DNA of 64,000 nt from an uncultured Lachnospiraceae bacterium (GTDB taxonomy: Bacteria > Bacillota > Clostridia > Lachnospirales > Lachnospiraceae). Each line of letters starts with the position of its first letter. Position 1 is the first letter of the stretch. The stretch is from assembly GCA_910580195.1 (NCBI GenBank), contig CAJTWA010000018.1:2144-66143 (forward strand). Direction: 5' to 3'. This document shows, piece by piece, positions 59,783-64,000 of the stretch. Position numbers and translations under genes: made by a program. A model generated the notes under the pieces. It made no database searches. It had not been told where the DNA came from and was given only the letters and a program-made list of their open reading frames with translations.

Positions 59783-59881
59783 CTATTTGTTGTCTTTATG
59801 GCCGCCATCCAACTATTTGATGATGTAGTGGCAAGCTGTACCAGCCGCAACGGCAGCCCCAAAAGCAATGATAACTCCTAC
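59783..59881 (-). pseudogene. Inactivated small hydrophobic type I toxin-like ORF
   Basis: Reads VGVIIAFGAAVAAGTACHYIIK*LDGGHKDNK*; TAG at the expected Trp position; no intact start codon. Confidence 0.6.
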
Positions 59882-59884
59882 GCG

Positions 59885-59911
59885 GGTTTACATAATATAA
59901 TTACGTAAACC
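59885..59911. other. dif-like palindrome (11-5-11)
   Basis: GGTTTACATAA-TATAA-TTACGTAAACC. Confidence 0.5.
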
Positions 59912-59947
59912 AACTGTCGTTTCTTCTGCTTCTGGGCACACCTATTT

Positions 59948-61228
59948 TTAACGCTGGTTCAACTCCTCCACAATATCCTCCCATGTGACCCCTTTCTCCA
60001 CCATCAGCACCATCACATGGTACAAGAAATCGGAAATTTCATACTTAATCTCTTCCGTTTCCGGGTTCTTAGCCGCAATCACAATCTCCGTGGCTTCTTC
60101 CCCCACTTTTTTCAGGATTTTGTCAATCCCTTTGTCGAAGAGGTAATTGGTGTAAGACCCTTCTTTCGGATGCACCTTCCGGTCTTTGATGGTATCATAT
60201 ACATCCTCAAACACCCGCAAAGGATTTTTTGTCGTAAATTCCTTCTTCACCAGCTCTTGGAAAAAGCAGCTTGGATTCCCGGTATGGCAGGCTGCCCCCA
60301 CTTGGGAAACATTGGCAAGGAGGGTATCTTTGTCGCAGTCTACCGTCAGGGATTTGACATATTGGTAATGGCCGGAGGTTTCCCCCTTAATCCAAAGCTC
60401 CTGCCTGCTCCTGCTGTAATAAGCCATCTTCCCAAGGGACAGGGTAGTGTGGAACGCTTCTTCATTCATATATGCCATCATCAGCACTTCCGCTGTCCGG
60501 TAGTCTTGGACAATGACCGGTATCAGCCCCTGGGGGTTCAGCTTAAATTCAGACCATTCCATGGAGGATTCAAATTTCTTTGTTTCAATCCCCTCTGCCG
60601 CAAGGGCCTGCTTTAATTCTGTCACATAAGTACCGGGGTCGCTGATATAAGGCCCCCCAATGCCAGTCACGCAGTCTTTTTTCAGGATTTCCACCCAGCG
60701 TTCCTTGTCATACCCTTGTACAATGACGCTGAAGGGAAGGTCTGTGATATCCTCCAAGGATTCAATGATTGCTTCATTTATCACAACTAATTTATGTACA
60801 TGCTCCGTAACTTCTTTCTTATGCTTAAAAATTAAATCTACATTTTCCATTGAAACCAGCATTTTGTCCCGGCCGAACCGGGTTGCCCCTTCTTTCGCAA
60901 GGGAAATGGCGTCATGCCGCCCGCCGTCTAAAATCACCCCGCGGCAGCCAGCATACAAAAGTTTCTTGATATCCTCCAGCCGTGCAATGGCGCCTGCCCC
61001 ATAAATGGGGATCTCCATCATGCGGCTTAATTCCTTGATGGTGTGGAGGTTGGTTTCATGCTCCTTGTCCGAATCAGATAAATCAAAAATATAAAGTTTA
61101 TCCACGCCGCTGTCGTTGTATGTTTTCGCCAATTCTTTTAAATCCCCGGCGCTTCCCGGGTCATGCTGCCCTTTTACTGCCCTCCCATCTTTGAGGAAAA
61201 TGGTGGCAATCAGGTTCTTACGTTCCAT
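59948..61228 (-). CDS. hisIE: HisI-HisE bifunctional protein fused to a degenerate HisF/HisA-like barrel
   Basis: YSRSR..LW.KGETSG, DCDKD, ACHTG..SCF, SYTNYLF, KKVGEEATE, DFLYH. Confidence 0.88.
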   Translation of the reverse strand: MERKNLIATIFLKDGRAVKGQHDPGSAGDLKELAKTYNDSGVDKLYIFDLSDSDKEHETNLHTIKELSRMMEIPIYGAGAIARLEDIKKLLYAGCRGVILDGGRHDAISLAKEGATRFGRDKMLVSMENVDLIFKHKKEVTEHVHKLVVINEAIIESLEDITDLPFSVIVQGYDKERWVEILKKDCVTGIGGPYISDPGTYVTELKQALAAEGIETKKFESSMEWSEFKLNPQGLIPVIVQDYRTAEVLMMAYMNEEAFHTTLSLGKMAYYSRSRQELWIKGETSGHYQYVKSLTVDCDKDTLLANVSQVGAACHTGNPSCFFQELVKKEFTTKNPLRVFEDVYDTIKDRKVHPKEGSYTNYLFDKGIDKILKKVGEEATEIVIAAKNPETEEIKYEISDFLYHVMVLMVEKGVTWEDIVEELNQR

Positions 61229-61236
61229 ATCATCAC

Positions 61237-61830
61237 CTATAAACTACCTTTCGTCGACATAATATCCTTGATCCTTGTGTCCCGCATGGTGGCTTCGTCC
61301 AAAGCGCGGCCAAAGGCCTTAAACAGCCCTTCCACCATATGGTGGTTATTAAATCCAGATAAAATTTTCATATGCAGGTTCATGCCTGCGCTGTAGGAAA
61401 TGGCATAGAAAAATTCCCTTACCATTTCTGTGTCCATGTACCCTACCCGTTCTGTGGTGAACTCCCCTTCAAAGGAAAAGTATGGCCTCCCACTTAAGTC
61501 AATGGCGCAGAGCACCAATGTTTCATCCATGGGCAGGATACAGCTCCCATACCGCTTAATGCCCCTTTTATCCCTCAATGCAATGCGTATGGCGTTCCCC
61601 AGCACAATCCCGGTATCTTCTATGGTATGGTGGGTATCCACAATCAAATCCCCTGACACATGGACTTTTAAGTCGAAAAACCCATGGCGGGCAAACCCGT
61701 CCAGCATATGGTCAAAAAAGCCAATCCCTGTGTCTAGCTGGGACGTGCCGGTGCCATCTAGGTTCAAGGTCAGGGTTACGTCTGTTTCCTTTGTTTTACG
61801 GTGCTGCTTTGCGGTCCTGTCTGCTGGCAT
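61237..61830 (-). CDS. hisB: Imidazoleglycerol-phosphate dehydratase
   Basis: TGIGFFDHML, HHTIED, PMDE, NNHH..E. Confidence 0.96.
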   Translation of the reverse strand: MPADRTAKQHRKTKETDVTLTLNLDGTGTSQLDTGIGFFDHMLDGFARHGFFDLKVHVSGDLIVDTHHTIEDTGIVLGNAIRIALRDKRGIKRYGSCILPMDETLVLCAIDLSGRPYFSFEGEFTTERVGYMDTEMVREFFYAISYSAGMNLHMKILSGFNNHHMVEGLFKAFGRALDEATMRDTRIKDIMSTKGSL

Positions 61831-61849
61831 TGCGCTCTCCTCTTTTCTT

Positions 61850-63142
61850 TTATTCTTCAAACCTTACTTTAATCGAATTTGCGTGCGCCGTCAACTGTTC
61901 TGAGGTAGCAAATTGCACAATATCTTGATAAATTGGCTCCAAGGCTTCTTTGGAATATGAAATAATGCTGGATTTCTTGATAAAATCATCTACCCCAAGG
62001 GGGGAGAAAAATTTTGCAGTCCCATTGGTGGGGAGCACGTGGTTCGGCCCGGCGAAATAATCCCCCAAGGGTTCGCTGGCATATTCCCCTAAGAAAATAG
62101 CCCCAGCATTCTTGATCTGCATCATCGTCCCAAAGGGATCGGCCGTCAGGATTTCCAAATGCTCCGACGCAATTTCGTTGGCCGCAAGGACGGCCTGCCC
62201 CATATTCTCCGCCACAAGGATATACCCATAATTTTCCAAGGATTTTTCAATAATCTCTTTCCGGGAAAGCTCTGCGGTAAATTTATCAATTTCAGCAGAA
62301 ACCTGCTCCGCCAATGCCTGACTGTCCGTAATCAGGATTGCGCTGGCAAGCTCGTCATGTTCTGCCTGTGAAAGCAAGTCTGCCGCCACATACCGTGGAT
62401 TCGCCGTCCCGTCTGCAAGGACAAGGATTTCGCTGGGCCCTGCGATGGAATCAATGCTGACATGGCCGAACACTGCTTTTTTGGCAAGGGCTACGTAAAT
62501 GTTCCCCGGCCCTACGATTTTATCTACTTTTGGGATGCTCTCCGTGCCAAAGGCCAAAGCCGCGATGGCCTGTGCGCCGCCTACCTTGTAGATTTCATCT
62601 ACCCCGGCAAGGTCTGCCGCCGCCAATGTGGCAGGGTTTACCTTCCCTTCCCGGTTACATGGCGTCACCATCACAATTTTTTCTACCCCTGCTACTTTTG
62701 CAGGGATGACATTCATCAGGACGGAGGAAGGGTACGACGCCTTGCCTCCCGGCACGTAGACCCCTACCTTTTCTAAGGCAGTTACTTTCTGTCCCAGCAG
62801 TACGCCGTCCGGCCTGCTGTCAAACCAGCTATACCGCTTCTGCTTCTCATGGTAAGCCCTGATATTTTCCAAAGATTTCTTCATCACTTCGATTAATTTC
62901 CCATCCGTCTGGCGGTAAGCCTCTGCCACTTCCTCCTTGGAAACTAGGAGGGTTTGGGGGGTAAGTTCCGCGCCGTCAAATTGTTTGGTATAGGAAAATA
63001 CGGCTTCATCCCGCTTCGTACGCACCTCCCCAATGATTTCATTGACCCGTGCTTCATATTCTGTATAGCTGTTGGGGCTGCGCTTAAGCAAATCTTCCTG
63101 CAGGTTTTTCCTTGTTTCTTCTGTTAGCTGCAATATCCTCAT
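61850..63142 (-). CDS. hisD: Histidinol dehydrogenase
   Basis: YVPGG, GGAQAIAALA, AGPSE, QAEHD, GPNHVLPT. Confidence 0.96.
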   Translation of the reverse strand: MRILQLTEETRKNLQEDLLKRSPNSYTEYEARVNEIIGEVRTKRDEAVFSYTKQFDGAELTPQTLLVSKEEVAEAYRQTDGKLIEVMKKSLENIRAYHEKQKRYSWFDSRPDGVLLGQKVTALEKVGVYVPGGKASYPSSVLMNVIPAKVAGVEKIVMVTPCNREGKVNPATLAAADLAGVDEIYKVGGAQAIAALAFGTESIPKVDKIVGPGNIYVALAKKAVFGHVSIDSIAGPSEILVLADGTANPRYVAADLLSQAEHDELASAILITDSQALAEQVSAEIDKFTAELSRKEIIEKSLENYGYILVAENMGQAVLAANEIASEHLEILTADPFGTMMQIKNAGAIFLGEYASEPLGDYFAGPNHVLPTNGTAKFFSPLGVDDFIKKSSIISYSKEALEPIYQDIVQFATSEQLTAHANSIKVRFEE

Positions 63143-63152
63143 ACATTTCTCC

Positions 63153-63797
63153 TCACAATACATTTTTTAAATCCTGTATTAATTTTGTAATCCGCTCGTT
63201 TTCCATTTTCATGCTTACTTGGTTCACGACCATCCGGGCAGAAAGGGGGCAGACTTCTTCCAGCACGCTCAGCCCATTTTCCCGTAACGTGGAGCCAGTT
63301 TCCACAATGTCTACAATGACTTCAGAAAGCCCTACGATGGGCGCAAGCTCAATGGAGCCGTTCAGCTTAATGATTTCCACCGTCTGGTGCTTCTTATTGT
63401 AAAAATAATTTTTGGCAATCCGCGGGTATTTGGTAGCTACCCGGATCAGTTCATGGTGCTTGAGCAATTCTTCCGCTTCTTTCGGCCCGCAGACGCACAT
63501 CCGGCATTTTCCGAAACCCAAATCCAGCACTTCGTAAATATTCCTTGCTTCTTCTAAAATGGTATCCTTGCCGGCCACCCCGATGTCGGCCGCCCCGTAT
63601 TCTACATAGGTGGGCACGTCCGGGCCTTTGGCGAGGAAAAACCTAAGCTTCAGCTCTTCGTTGGTAAAAATCAGTTTCCGGGTATTTTTATCTTTCATTT
63701 CTTGGCAGGTAATGCCTATTTTTTCGAAGGCTTCTAAGGTCTGTTTTGCAAGGCGGCCTTTTCCCAGTGCAAATGTCAAGTATCTCATATCTTCCAT
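63153..63797 (-). CDS. hisG: ATP phosphoribosyltransferase, short form
   Basis: [34 protein letters not shown]. Confidence 0.95.
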   Translation of the reverse strand: MEDMRYLTFALGKGRLAKQTLEAFEKIGITCQEMKDKNTRKLIFTNEELKLRFFLAKGPDVPTYVEYGAADIGVAGKDTILEEARNIYEVLDLGFGKCRMCVCGPKEAEELLKHHELIRVATKYPRIAKNYFYNKKHQTVEIIKLNGSIELAPIVGLSEVIVDIVETGSTLRENGLSVLEEVCPLSARMVVNQVSMKMENERITKLIQDLKNVL

Positions 63798-64000
63798 GGT
63801 GTTCCCACTTTCTCTATATTAATTCTTATTATTAATTTTAGATTATATTTATTTCCGCGGACAATGAGCCAAGTTCCGTGCTTGCGCGCGCAATTGCCGG
63901 ACGCTGCGGAGGCAATTGCCCTGTGGGTGCAGATTCCCGCAGTTTGCTGCATTGCAAACTTAATGTCCCGCTGCTTGCAGTGTGATATTGGGCTATAGGA

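Overview
Chromosomal window from a spore-forming Clostridia-class bacterium; gene content and order are typical of Lachnospiraceae (inference). Most of it is core genes: pdp, recQ, mutS-mutL-miaA, radC-mreBCD-PBP-minCDE-rodA-mgsA, yggS-sepF-ylmH, aroB-lspA-rluA/D, lexA, rsfS-yqeK-nadD-yhbY-obgE-rpmA-prp-rplU-rng and the his genes. Gene orientation flips from + to - at about 47.3 kb. The flip is at a Xer-type tyrosine recombinase with a 28-bp dif-like palindrome upstream, so the window probably spans the replication terminus. The main non-routine items are: (1) two copies of a 181-nt rod-like hairpin element in which 20 of 23 substitutions are compensatory by manual alignment; (2) a translationally coupled divergent Hsp90-family ATPase and helical CxxC protein pair; (3) a decayed type I toxin-like ORF next to a second dif-like palindrome; (4) a decaying accessory patch at 12.7-16.4 kb with several deletion scars; (5) many short tandem duplications at gene junctions and in protein linkers. 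I found no CRISPR-Cas, tRNA, rRNA or intact transposase.
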